Below, one piece after another: positions 28,570 to 38,250 of a DNA stretch of 64,000 nucleotides. The position numbers and the translations under genes were made by a program. The first letter of the stretch is position 1. Every line of letters begins with the position of its first letter. The DNA comes from Pyrinomonadaceae bacterium. Lineage in GTDB: Bacteria; Acidobacteriota; Blastocatellia; Pyrinomonadales; Pyrinomonadaceae. A model generated the notes under the pieces. That model saw nothing but the letters and a program-made list of their open reading frames with translations, did not search any database and was not told where the DNA came from. The stretch spans positions 439,836 through 503,835 of the forward strand of contig JBKBYA010000001.1 in the NCBI GenBank assembly GCA_046313635.1, written 5' to 3'.

Positions 28570-30231
28570 ATGCACGCATTGGTCCTGATCATCGTCTTGC
28601 TGGCCGCTCAGGCGGCATTCGCGCAGCATGGTCACGGCTCGCACGCAGCGAACGACAAAAAGCCCGTCTGGCTCGACGACGGGCTCGGCGCGGTCGATCA
28701 TCCGGTGACGACCAGGTCGGCCGAAGCGCAGAGATTCTTTAATCAGGGGCTCGCGTATCTCTACGCCTTTAATCACGCCGAGGGAATAAACTCGTTTCGC
28801 CATGCGGCCGAGCTTGACCCCGAGATGGCAATGGCCTTTTGGGGCGTCGCGCTCGGGCTCGGCTCGAATTACAACGTCACGGCCGACGAGGCACAGCTCG
28901 TCGAGGCCTACGACAATCTGCAAAAGGCGCTCGCACTGTCGGCAAAGGTCTCCGAGGCCGATCGAGACTACATCGCGGCGCTCTCAAAGCGTTACGCCAA
29001 AGATCCAAAGACCGACCGGCACAAGCTCGCCGTCGATTACAAGAACGCGATGGCCGAGCTCGTCAAGAAATACCCGGACGATCTCGACGCCGCGACGCTG
29101 TACGCCGAGAGCATGATGAATCTCAAGCCCTGGCAGCTGTGGACGCTCGACGGCAAGCCGGCCGAGGGCACGCTCGAGATCATCGCCGTGCTCGAGGGCG
29201 TGCTCAGACGCAACCCGAGGCACACCGGGGCAAACCATTACTACATTCACGCGGTCGAGGCGTCGCCAAATCCCGAGAAGGGACTCGCGGCGGCCAACCG
29301 CCTCGGCGGTCTCGCGCCGAGCGCCGGCCACCTCGTTCATATGCCGTCGCACATTTATTTGCGGACCGGCGATTTTGATGTCGCCGCAAAGAGCAACGAG
29401 CTCGCGATCGCGGCCGACCGCAGGTACCTCGAGCGGAGCGGAGCGACGGGCGTCTACCCGCTGATGTACTACAACCACAACATTCACATGCTCGCGGCCT
29501 CGTATGCCGGCGGAGGGAATTTTGCCGGCGCGATCAAGGCCGCGCGCGAGCTCGAGGCGAACGTCGCGCCGAACCTCAAGGCGATGCCGATGCTCGAGAT
29601 GTTCATGCCGTACACGATCGTGACGCTGGCGCGCTTTCACAAGTGGGACGAGGTGATGAGGCAGCCGCAGCCCGCAGCCGAGCTCAAGATCACGACCGCC
29701 GTCTGGCGGATGGCCCGCGGGCTCGCGCTGGCCGAGGGCAACCGGCCGGGCGATGCCGAGTCTGAGCTCGCCGCGCTGCGAGCGATCGTCAAGAGCATCC
29801 CCGACGGGGCGCGTGTCGGCAACAGTCCCGCGCAAGGCGTGCTCAAGGTCGCGGAGGAGCTGCTGGCGGGAGAGATCGCGATCGCCAAGGGCGATACGGC
29901 GGGCGGCATCGAAGCTCTTCGCCGGGCCGTCGCGGCCGAAGACCTCGTCAACTACAACGAGCCGCCCGACTGGCATCTGCCGACACGCGAATGGCTGGGC
30001 CGCGAGCTGCTGCGGACAGGCGATCTCGCGCGAGCGGAGAGTGTGTTTCGCAAAGAGATCGAACGCAATCCGCGCAGCGGCCGGGCGTTATTCGGCCTCG
30101 CAGAGGCCCTGCGCCGGCAGGGCAAGACCTCTTCGGCCGAGCTCGTGATGCGCGAGTTTCGCCAGGCGTGGGCCGGTGCCGACACCGAGCTCACCGCAGA
30201 GTCTCTCGCCGGCAGACCCACGCGGAAGTAG
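28570..30231 (+). CDS. Secreted TPR-containing protein
   Basis: GAGGAGG RBS; signal peptide; FNQGL..YAFNH.E, HYYIHAVE and HLVHMPSHIY motifs. Confidence 0.8.
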   Translation: MHALVLIIVLLAAQAAFAQHGHGSHAANDKKPVWLDDGLGAVDHPVTTRSAEAQRFFNQGLAYLYAFNHAEGINSFRHAAELDPEMAMAFWGVALGLGSNYNVTADEAQLVEAYDNLQKALALSAKVSEADRDYIAALSKRYAKDPKTDRHKLAVDYKNAMAELVKKYPDDLDAATLYAESMMNLKPWQLWTLDGKPAEGTLEIIAVLEGVLRRNPRHTGANHYYIHAVEASPNPEKGLAAANRLGGLAPSAGHLVHMPSHIYLRTGDFDVAAKSNELAIAADRRYLERSGATGVYPLMYYNHNIHMLAASYAGGGNFAGAIKAARELEANVAPNLKAMPMLEMFMPYTIVTLARFHKWDEVMRQPQPAAELKITTAVWRMARGLALAEGNRPGDAESELAALRAIVKSIPDGARVGNSPAQGVLKVAEELLAGEIAIAKGDTAGGIEALRRAVAAEDLVNYNEPPDWHLPTREWLGRELLRTGDLARAESVFRKEIERNPRSGRALFGLAEALRRQGKTSSAELVMREFRQAWAGADTELTAESLAGRPTRK

Positions 30232-30262
30232 CCCGAGCCGCGAGGGCAAGACAAGCGCTCGA

Positions 30263-32143
30263 TCATCGCCTCAGCAGCTCGTAGCCCTGCAGCCGGCTGC
30301 CGTCGGCGGTGATGAGCATCTCGCCGGTCTCATCGGTCAGGAATCGCGGGTCGGGGTCGGACGCGAGCACAAAACGCGCGTCGCGGCCGGTGTGGACGTT
30401 TACGCCGACCAGCCCCTTTTGCCCGAAGGGCTTTGGCAGCTCGGTGTAGAAATACATATGGCTGCCGCGCAGCTCGGCGAGGCGCTTGCGGCGGAGAAGG
30501 TAGTCCGACAGACGCTCGGCGTAGCGGGTCGGGTCGAGGCGGTCGAGCACACTCTCTCGCGCTTCGCTGGCTGCGGAGCGCGCGGCTCGTCCGCCGATGG
30601 ACGCCGCGCCGGGGCGCTCGATCTGTAGTCCGGAAAGCCGCGCGACGTTTGGGCCGAGCCGCGACAGCGCGCCGTAGCTGTAAATGCGGCCTGATACGTA
30701 GCTTCTTGCCGAGCCCGCGGCGAGCGATGTCAGGTCGACGGACGAAAAGCGCGCCGCGAGGCCCGACCATCGAAATGAATTTGCCGCGCTCGCGAGATTC
30801 AGCCCGCCGCGCGCGAGTCCGACCGCAGACGTCACCGGCCCCGCGTACCTGAAGTAGAGCGCCGCCGCGCGCAAAGCGATGCCGCCGATGACGCGCAGAG
30901 CGCCGCGGCCGGGAGCCTTGTGCCGGACGCGCCATCTCTCAGTGCCGCCGCCGCGGGCGAATGCGGCGATCTCGTCGCGTCCGCCGACCACGGCTTCGCC
31001 GCTCTCATTCACGAGGACGAAGCGGGCGCTTTCGACGCCGTGCTCCAGCCTCGCGCGACGCTCGCCGCTGCGGGCGTCGAGCGTGATCAGGTCGTCGCGG
31101 TCGGCAAGGATGACCGTCCGGCCCTCGTCGGCGAAGGCGAGATTCGTTATGCCCTTGTCCGCGCCTTTGTAACGCCAGACGGTGTCGCCCGTTTTGACGT
31201 CGATCGCTGAGACGCCGAAAGGACCTTTTGATTCGGTCTCGCCGTCCTTGAGCCGTGTGAATTGCCCGCCCGTTCGAGCAAACAGCCGGTCGCCGATGAG
31301 CACCATTTCTGCGACCGTACCGAGATCGTCTGCCTTCCAGACGACGCTGCCCGTGCGGCGGTCGACCGCGCGGATGCGGCCGCGGCCCGAGATGTAAACG
31401 CTGCGGTCGTCGTAAACCGGATCGGCCTCAGTGAGCGCGAGGCCGCTCTCGTTGATGCGAAACTTTTCGCGTTCCTTTTCCCTGCCGGTCCGCGCGTCAA
31501 AGCTCGTCACGCCGTCGTAAAAGAGAAACAGCCGCCCGTCGAGCAGCAGCGGCGCGCGATAGTTGTCGAGCGTGTACGAGATGTCGCCGACGCCCTCGCC
31601 AAATCTTGCAGGCATCATTGCGACGTCTGAGTCGAGCTCGCGCTTCCACAGCTCGTCGCCCGTCGATATTCGCAAAACGTGGACGATAGGCGTGCCTTTG
31701 AATTCGCGTCCGGCATCGCCGCGCACTTTGCGGACGAGCACGACCGCGAGCAGGTCGTTTGACGGCTCGGCCGCGAGCTGCAGGACGTCGCCCTTTATCT
31801 TTTCGCTCTGCCAGATCCGCTCGCCGGTCAGCACGTCGAGGGCCTCGACCCGAGACTTGTCGCCGAGGTCGCGCGAGAGGAGTATCAGGTCGGTGCCGGG
31901 TACGGGCGTGATGCCGGTCTCGCCGATGCGACCGGTCCCGAGTCGCCAGATCTGCGCGCCTGTCTGACTGTCGATCGCGTACAGCGAACGTTCGGTCGCC
32001 GCGAGCACGATGCCGAAATCCGTCGGCTGATAAAACCGTATCTCCGAATCGAGCCGCGCCTGCCAGGCCGCATTCGACTGCGCCGACACGGCGGTGAGAG
32101 TGAGACCTAATAACGCAAAAAGGTAAACCGCGACCTTGAACAT
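30263..32143 (-). CDS. PQQ-binding-like beta-propeller repeat protein, secreted
   Basis: Signal peptide; repeated (A)xD..TG...W blades. Confidence 0.8.
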   Translation of the reverse strand: MFKVAVYLFALLGLTLTAVSAQSNAAWQARLDSEIRFYQPTDFGIVLAATERSLYAIDSQTGAQIWRLGTGRIGETGITPVPGTDLILLSRDLGDKSRVEALDVLTGERIWQSEKIKGDVLQLAAEPSNDLLAVVLVRKVRGDAGREFKGTPIVHVLRISTGDELWKRELDSDVAMMPARFGEGVGDISYTLDNYRAPLLLDGRLFLFYDGVTSFDARTGREKEREKFRINESGLALTEADPVYDDRSVYISGRGRIRAVDRRTGSVVWKADDLGTVAEMVLIGDRLFARTGGQFTRLKDGETESKGPFGVSAIDVKTGDTVWRYKGADKGITNLAFADEGRTVILADRDDLITLDARSGERRARLEHGVESARFVLVNESGEAVVGGRDEIAAFARGGGTERWRVRHKAPGRGALRVIGGIALRAAALYFRYAGPVTSAVGLARGGLNLASAANSFRWSGLAARFSSVDLTSLAAGSARSYVSGRIYSYGALSRLGPNVARLSGLQIERPGAASIGGRAARSAASEARESVLDRLDPTRYAERLSDYLLRRKRLAELRGSHMYFYTELPKPFGQKGLVGVNVHTGRDARFVLASDPDPRFLTDETGEMLITADGSRLQGYELLRR

Positions 32144-32179
32144 ATTGGAATTGTAGACCGGTCGGACGGGGAGTGCGAT

Positions 32180-32258
32180 ATTGCGGATTTCGGATTTCGG
32201 ATTGTGGATTGCGGATTGCGGTTTTGATTCCGCATTCCGCACTCCGCGTTCCGCAATT
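32180..32258. repeat. Two opposed heptamer arrays (CGGATTT/CGGATTG then TCCGCAT-like)
   Basis: ATTGCGGATTTCGGATTTCGGATTGTGGATTGCGGATTGCGG ... TTCCGCATTCCGCACTCCGCGTTCCGCAAT. Confidence 0.85.
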
Positions 32259-32260
32259 TG

Positions 32261-33412
32261 TTATTCGATCCGGTACGCGCGGTTGTCGTGCATGACGACT
32301 ATTACGCCGTCGAGCTTGCGGGCGATGTCTCGAAGTTTGTCGGGGAGTTTTTTGAAGTCCTCGGTGCCTCGCGCGACGCGGGTCGTCGCGGCACCGCGAT
32401 ACTCGAGGTCGTACCAGACGCCTTCGCGAAATTCGAAATTCTTGCCCTCGACGCGGCGACGAAATACGGCCGCGTCGTTGGCCGACTGGCGGGCCATATT
32501 CTCGGCCGCGCTCTGCTGCTGACGCGGGCCGGCCTTTGCAGCCGAACGCATCTTCAGCTCGGTAGTATTGCGGGCGGTCATCGGCAGCTCGGCGACCTGA
32601 CTCGAGCTGACGACGCTGTTTGCGGCGGCACGCTCCTCGGCACCGTCGATCTGGACCTCGGCCCTTTTGGCCTTATCGTCATCGGCCTTTTCGCCGGGGT
32701 TCGCGACGGAAAGCGTCTTTGGCGCCTCGGCCTGCGTCACGGCGGCGACCGGCGGAGCGGCCGCGGTATCGGCAGCCGCGACGCTGCGTTTATCGGCGTC
32801 GGCGCGAGGCTCGGCCGGTGCGGAGGGAGGCTGCTCGGCAGCGTTTGCGGCGCCGACCGCGATGCCGGCCCGCTCGAGATCGCCGACCGGCGCACCTTGT
32901 GCGACATTCGCGGCGGAATTTGCGTTGGTCGTCGAGATCGTCGATGTCGAGGCGTTCGACATCGAGAGGGCCGGCTCATGCTCGGTCGTGCGCGCGATCT
33001 GCGTCTCGCGCGACGCGCCGCCGTTCAAAACAAGATAGACCGCAAAGCCGCTGAAGATCAGCACGAGAGCTCCCATCGCGTAGGCGAGGCCCGGCACTGC
33101 AAACAGTCGCCGCCACCAGGGAACCGCCGCCGCTGCGTCTGCAGCCTGCGCGCCGGGGTCCGCGACGACGGCGTGCTCGACATCCGAAACGGCCGCAAAA
33201 GCGGCCAGCATCGTCCGGCAGCGGGCGCAGTCGGCGAGATGTTCGACGTAGAGCGCACGGGCGTGCTGCGGCAGCGCATTCTCGGCAAACGCCGACAGCT
33301 CGTCGGCGTCGAGATGCGAGCCCGCGACGCCGGCCTTAGCCGCCGCGTCATCGACCCGCGCGGCCCCGCCGCGAAGCAATGCGTCTATCTCCTTGTCGAA
33401 TTCAAGCTGCAT
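32261..33412 (-). CDS. Zinc-finger (zf-HC2) anti-sigma factor with TM helix
   Basis: HLDADELSAFAE...HLADCARC, TM segment, low-complexity extracytoplasmic region. Confidence 0.85.
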   Translation of the reverse strand: MQLEFDKEIDALLRGGAARVDDAAAKAGVAGSHLDADELSAFAENALPQHARALYVEHLADCARCRTMLAAFAAVSDVEHAVVADPGAQAADAAAAVPWWRRLFAVPGLAYAMGALVLIFSGFAVYLVLNGGASRETQIARTTEHEPALSMSNASTSTISTTNANSAANVAQGAPVGDLERAGIAVGAANAAEQPPSAPAEPRADADKRSVAAADTAAAPPVAAVTQAEAPKTLSVANPGEKADDDKAKRAEVQIDGAEERAAANSVVSSSQVAELPMTARNTTELKMRSAAKAGPRQQQSAAENMARQSANDAAVFRRRVEGKNFEFREGVWYDLEYRGAATTRVARGTEDFKKLPDKLRDIARKLDGVIVVMHDNRAYRIE

Positions 33413-33420
33413 GTTCTATT

Positions 33421-33532
33421 GAGTGACGAGTGACGAGTGACAAGTGACGAGTGGCGACCGAGGCGTTACCGCGCATCGTTCGACATTCGACATTCGAAAT
33501 TCATCCTTCATCCCTCATCCCTCATCCCTTCT
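33421..33532. repeat. Mixed heptamer arrays between sigma and anti-sigma genes
   Basis: About five GTGACGA units, then TTCGACA units, then about four TCATCCC/T units. Confidence 0.85.
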
Positions 33533-34498
33533 TCAGAACGCCCTCGTCAGCGCGTCTTGCACGACCGCTGCGGCGACGAGCACGGCAAACATCTTTTCGA
33601 TCCCGACGCCGAGGCTGGTCGCGGCGTCGGCGAGATATTTCTTGACCTCCACATCGCTCCAGCCGTGCTGCGAACGGAGGCTTTTCTCGACGCGTTTGCG
33701 GATCTCGTTCTGGATGCGCACGAGCCTGCGGCTCGCGGTCGCCTCGTGATAGCCAAACATCGCACCGATCTCTTTGAGCTTGAGCTCGTCGAAATAGTAG
33801 AGCTTGAGCACGAGCCGGTCCTCGGCCTCGAGCGACGCGATCGAATCGCGTAACGCCGCCGTCACATCGGCCGCCGTGCGCTTATCGGTCAGCGCCTGCT
33901 CGGGGCTGTCGGCGTGATGGACGATCCCCTGGTTGCCGTTTTGATGTGCGGACTCCTCGGCGAGATTCTCAAATTCGCGCGGCTCCTCGATCTGGACGAG
34001 ACGCGACTGCTTACGGTACTCGTCGATGCCGAGCTGCGAGACGATCGCGCGGAGCCAGCCGCCAAGCGAGCCGCGCCCCGAATAGTACGCGAGCTTGCTC
34101 TTGCTTTTGCCGTCGGCGTCGGTTCGCAGGCCGTGAAGCTCGGCCCAGATCGAGCCGGCGAGATCGTCGGCGTCCTCCGAGTTTGAGCAGATCTTGCGCG
34201 CCGCCGAGCGGACGGTCGAGTCGTATCGCGCGACGAGATCTTCCCAGGCCTTTTCGACGCCGCGTTCGCATGCGAGAACGAGGCACATCTCGTCGGCGTG
34301 GATCTCGTCGACAAAGGCCGCGACGTCGCGCGCGTCGGCCGCCGGAGTCCTGCCAAAGAGATACTTTTCGAGCGAATGCTCGACACGTTCACGCAGATCG
34401 CCGGCATCGAGGCCGTACGATTCGCCGGCCCGCGACAGGAGCCGCGAGACGGCGTCGTCGATCGTGCGGCGATGAGTTTTGACGAGGTCGGCGGACAT
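33533..34498 (-). CDS. ECF-type sigma-70 factor with N- and C-terminal extensions
   Basis: Region 2 (EDADDL, YSGRGSLGGWLRAI) and region 4 HTH (LKLKEIG...EATASRRL). Confidence 0.88.
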   Translation of the reverse strand: MSADLVKTHRRTIDDAVSRLLSRAGESYGLDAGDLRERVEHSLEKYLFGRTPAADARDVAAFVDEIHADEMCLVLACERGVEKAWEDLVARYDSTVRSAARKICSNSEDADDLAGSIWAELHGLRTDADGKSKSKLAYYSGRGSLGGWLRAIVSQLGIDEYRKQSRLVQIEEPREFENLAEESAHQNGNQGIVHHADSPEQALTDKRTAADVTAALRDSIASLEAEDRLVLKLYYFDELKLKEIGAMFGYHEATASRRLVRIQNEIRKRVEKSLRSQHGWSDVEVKKYLADAATSLGVGIEKMFAVLVAAAVVQDALTRAF

Positions 34499-34552
34499 TC
34501 AGGGCTCGCAAAAGTCTATCAAAAGACGACGCTCAATGCTTATGATTGAGCA

Positions 34553-35434
34553 ATGATCCAGGAAATCGAACACAGTGACTTCGGGCCGTCGCTGCGCCTT
34601 GCGAACGGCGATGCGGAGCTGATCGTGCCGACCTCGTTCGGGCCGCGCATCCTGCACTACGCGTTCGATGGCGGAGACAACGTCCTCGGTTGGCATCCGC
34701 ACGCGGCGGTCGAGACCGAGCTCGGCGAATGGCGGCCGTACGGCGGTCACCGGCTGTGGCTCGCACCCGAGAATTTTCCGCTCTCGTACGCGCCTGACGG
34801 CGACGCGATCGAGTACGCGATCGAGGGCGAGAGCTCGGTTCGTCTGACGCGCCTCTCGGACGCGGCCGGCGTGCAGAAGGAGATCGTCGTAACGCTCGCC
34901 GATGCGGGCACCGAGGTCACGATCGACAATCGTCTCACCGCGACGCGTTCGGATGAGCCCGCGGAATTTGCGGCCTGGGCGCTGACGATCATGCGGCCGG
35001 GCGGCGAGGCCGTCGTGCCGAACGAGCCTTTTGCGCCGTACGGCCGCGACACGCTTTTGCCCGTGCGCTCGATGGCGCTATGGTCGTACACCGATCTCAC
35101 CGATCCGCGATGGAGCATCGACAAAGACCACATCGAGCTGCGCTGCGACGAGTCGATCGGGTCGCAGCAGAAATTCGGCGTGCTCAACACGCGCGGCTGG
35201 GCGGCGTATCGTTTGCCCGACGTCACATTCGTCAAGCGCTACGACTATCTCGAGGGCGCGCCGTATCCCGATATGAACTCGAACACAGAGGTCTACACCG
35301 CCGGCGGCTTTGTCGAGCTCGAGACGCTCTCGCCGCTCGTCAAGGCCGAGCCCGGCAAGACGATCGTTCACCGCGAGACGTGGGAGCTGCGTACGGGCGA
35401 CGCCGTGGCAGAGCTGCTGTCGGAGAACGTTTGA
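34553..35434 (+). CDS. DUF4380-like hypothetical protein
   Basis: GPRIL, YGGHRLWLAPE, YPD and ELETLSPL motifs. Confidence 0.7.
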   Translation: MIQEIEHSDFGPSLRLANGDAELIVPTSFGPRILHYAFDGGDNVLGWHPHAAVETELGEWRPYGGHRLWLAPENFPLSYAPDGDAIEYAIEGESSVRLTRLSDAAGVQKEIVVTLADAGTEVTIDNRLTATRSDEPAEFAAWALTIMRPGGEAVVPNEPFAPYGRDTLLPVRSMALWSYTDLTDPRWSIDKDHIELRCDESIGSQQKFGVLNTRGWAAYRLPDVTFVKRYDYLEGAPYPDMNSNTEVYTAGGFVELETLSPLVKAEPGKTIVHRETWELRTGDAVAELLSENV

Positions 35435-35477
35435 GCGGCTCCTGCCGGGTGTGCGACATTACAAACGACGAGGCACT

Positions 35478-36002
35478 ATGGAGTTTAAGATCAGCGATGC
35501 CGTGAACATTCTCGAGCGGACGCCCGCGACGCTCAATTCGATGCTTCTGGATCTGCCCGGCGAATGGACGTCGTCGAATGAAGGCGAGGGAAGCTGGAGC
35601 CCTTTTGACATCGTCGGTCACCTGATCCACGGCGAAGAGGCCGACTGGATACCGCGGGCGCGGACGATACTCGATCGCGGCGAAGAGGCGACGTTCGAGC
35701 CCTTCGATCGGGAGGCGATGTTCACGGCTTCGAAGGGACGAACGATGCCGGAGCTGCTCGCGACATTTGTAGAGCTCAGACGCCGCAGTCTCGAGTCGCT
35801 CGAGCAGATGAAGCTCACGGACGAGCTGCTCTCGCGGCGCGGCACGCACCCCGAGTTCGGCACGGTCACGCTCGGCCAGCTTATCTCGACATGGGTCGTC
35901 CACGACCACGCGCACATCGCCCAGATCGCCCGCGTACTCGCCAAACAGTACCGCGAAGCCGTCGGCCCGTGGCGTGCCTATCTGTCGATCCTCGACAGAT
36001 AG
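35478..36002 (+). CDS. DinB family protein
   Basis: WSPFDIVGHL.HGE, HPEFG and HDHAH metal-binding His motifs; GAGG RBS. Confidence 0.88.
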   Translation: MEFKISDAVNILERTPATLNSMLLDLPGEWTSSNEGEGSWSPFDIVGHLIHGEEADWIPRARTILDRGEEATFEPFDREAMFTASKGRTMPELLATFVELRRRSLESLEQMKLTDELLSRRGTHPEFGTVTLGQLISTWVVHDHAHIAQIARVLAKQYREAVGPWRAYLSILDR

Positions 36003-36254
36003 CCCAGAGCCGTGATCACGCGACGAAACGAGGAATCTGTCGTGCCGGGCGCACGCAGTTTTTGAGATCGTCGAACGATTTAACGCGGCCAGTTCAACAG
36101 ACTCAGAAGTTCAAGGATCCCCTGCGGCGCTCGTTCAATGCAAAGGTAGGCGTCGGGTCAGCGGAAGTAGGAGTTGCGCGAGACGATGAGGCGAACAGTA
36201 AGTATTATTGTCACTCTCTCTCGTCCGACAAAGAGAGCTGTTCGTAAATATCCC

Positions 36255-36983
36255 ATGCGTTCATTTCTTGTTTTAGTTCTTGGCCTCGCTATGATGGGCT
36301 GCTCACCTGACACTAAGCCGAGCGTTGAATCCGCCGCTCCCGTCACCGGCTCGACGGCCACGCCGCCTGAAGTCTCAGGACCGATGGACAAGTGCGAGAA
36401 TATTGCCAGCATTATCGGGGCTGCCGAAATAGGTTTTGACGAATCGACGGTGCTTTACTTTTTTGAGGGCCCGGATTCGCGGTTTCCTCCGGCTCAAACG
36501 ATCAGGTTTTACAACGATACAAACCTAAAGATGCTCAGTTTTCGGGCAGAGGGCAGTCGGCCGTATTTTGAGCTGGACCCCGAAAGGCACAAGTTGGACT
36601 ACTCGCTCTTCGATCTAGCCGTGAAGGATCGCCGGAGCGGCTGGCTCGAGGTCGTTGTCGGCAAGCAAAGTGATGAGACTCTTTGGTTAAAGGAAAGCAA
36701 GGTCGTGAGATTCAGGGACTGGCTTGCTCGAATGAAGGAGGCCTTTGCGGTCGGACGCAAAAATCCCCGATCCAATCCGCTTCGTGCGGAGCCGAACGCA
36801 GATGCAGAAGAAATCACCTTCGCCGGCAGCGATTGTTTCAAGGTCAGACAAATGAAAGGCGATTGGGTTCGCGTAGAGCTCCAGAAGCACTGCAGTGAAG
36901 GCAACGAGCGGTCAGTGTCTGGCTGGATCCGCTGGCGGGACGAGAATAGCTGTTTATTGATCGATATCTTTCCCTTTGCGTGA
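36255..36983 (+). CDS. Hypothetical lipoprotein (lower GC)
   Basis: MRSFLVLVLGLAMMGC lipobox-like; C-terminal KGDWVRV...GWIRW, SH3-like. Confidence 0.65.
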   Translation: MRSFLVLVLGLAMMGCSPDTKPSVESAAPVTGSTATPPEVSGPMDKCENIASIIGAAEIGFDESTVLYFFEGPDSRFPPAQTIRFYNDTNLKMLSFRAEGSRPYFELDPERHKLDYSLFDLAVKDRRSGWLEVVVGKQSDETLWLKESKVVRFRDWLARMKEAFAVGRKNPRSNPLRAEPNADAEEITFAGSDCFKVRQMKGDWVRVELQKHCSEGNERSVSGWIRWRDENSCLLIDIFPFA

Positions 36984-37035
36984 CGGCAAGCTTTCCGGCC
37001 GGAAGCGGCCTGATCAATTGTCCTCTTCTCTAACC

Positions 37036-38049
37036 TCATCGCAGATTCTTCCGCAGGAACGAGATTATCTTGTAGCCGTCCAGATACACCCACGGCTTTT
37101 CGCCGAGTGTGTAATGTCCGCAGGGCATTTTGACCTCGCTGTGCTTGATGTGACGGCGGCGAAGCTCGCGTATGACCTCGCGAGAAAGATCGACCGGGAA
37201 GCTCAGGTCGTAGAGCGTGTAAATGTAACGCTGCGGCCGCGGCGGCAGCGCGGCGAGCTTGTCCATGTAGGCGAGCGGCGAGATCGGGAGCCAGTATTCG
37301 CGCAGCTCGTCGAGCTCGACGTTGTCGCCGAGCCCGGCGCGAACGTGATAGGTCGAGAGGCCTTCCCAAACGACATCGGCGACGTAGCCCGAGACGTGAT
37401 TAAAGACGGCCGCGTCGATCCGCATATCGTGCACAAAGGCAAAAAATCCCACGCACGAACCGATGCTGGTCCCGACGATCCCGACCTTCTCGTAACCCTG
37501 TCCTTTAAGCCACGCGACGGCAGAGCGCGTGTCGACGACCGACTGCCTGAGCGACTGGAGCGTGCGGCCGACATTCGGCACGACGAGATAATCGGCGCGG
37601 TCGAGCTCGGGCGGCATACGCTCCTCGTGGTACGGCAGCGTGAGCCGCAGCGACGAGAGGCCGACCTTGTTAAAAAAGCGGCAGAGGTCGAAATACGTTC
37701 CGGCCTTTGCGTTCCAATGCGGCAGCACGATGACCGCCGACCGGCGGTTGGTCTCGTGCGGAAAGTACCGGGCGTAAACGGTGTTGTTCTCTGCGGAGGG
37801 CGTCGTCACGGCCGAGGGCCACGTCAAGGCGTCGCCGCTCATCTCGCACTCGGGCAGGCCGGGATCGAAGAAAAACTCCTCGCTGCTAGCGATCGTCTTT
37901 TTTGAATATTCGGCAAACAGCTCGCGCGGGTCGGCGCCGTTCGGGTCGTCGGTGATGAACTCCGTTCCCCACTCGAATGGCCGCACGACGCGATGCGCGT
38001 TCAGCATCGCAAAGTAGCGTTCCCGTTTGTGAAAGTATCGTTTGAGCAT
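37036..38049 (-). CDS. Alpha/beta hydrolase (ABHD18-like)
   Basis: GTSIG nucleophile elbow, YD and CGHY catalytic motifs. Confidence 0.8.
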   Translation of the reverse strand: MLKRYFHKRERYFAMLNAHRVVRPFEWGTEFITDDPNGADPRELFAEYSKKTIASSEEFFFDPGLPECEMSGDALTWPSAVTTPSAENNTVYARYFPHETNRRSAVIVLPHWNAKAGTYFDLCRFFNKVGLSSLRLTLPYHEERMPPELDRADYLVVPNVGRTLQSLRQSVVDTRSAVAWLKGQGYEKVGIVGTSIGSCVGFFAFVHDMRIDAAVFNHVSGYVADVVWEGLSTYHVRAGLGDNVELDELREYWLPISPLAYMDKLAALPPRPQRYIYTLYDLSFPVDLSREVIRELRRRHIKHSEVKMPCGHYTLGEKPWVYLDGYKIISFLRKNLR

Positions 38050-38093
38050 TTAGTGCGAATGCGCGCGTCGGGCGGTTTCGTTATCCAAAGTGT

Positions 38094-38230
38094 TTTTTGA
38101 AAGCGGATGAAGCGGATCGGGCGGAAAAGGCCGGATCGGACCGGAAATTTGATTTGTTTGTAACGCGGTATCCTAATGCGATCTTCAGATCCGTGCTATC
38201 CGTTCCATCCGCTTCATCCGCTTTCAAAAA
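38094..38230. repeat. 137-bp MITE-like element with 24-bp perfect terminal inverted repeats
   Basis: TTTTTGAAAGCGGATGAAGCGGAT ... ATCCGCTTCATCCGCTTTCAAAAA; arms built of 9-mer GCGGAT units. Confidence 0.8.
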
Positions 38231-38250
38231 TGCACAGCCGCGGCAGGCCG

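Noticed and set aside
32144..32242. N-terminal extension of the PQQ-propeller ORF
   Set aside because: Translated heptamer repeats; the signal peptide and -10 box support ATG 32143
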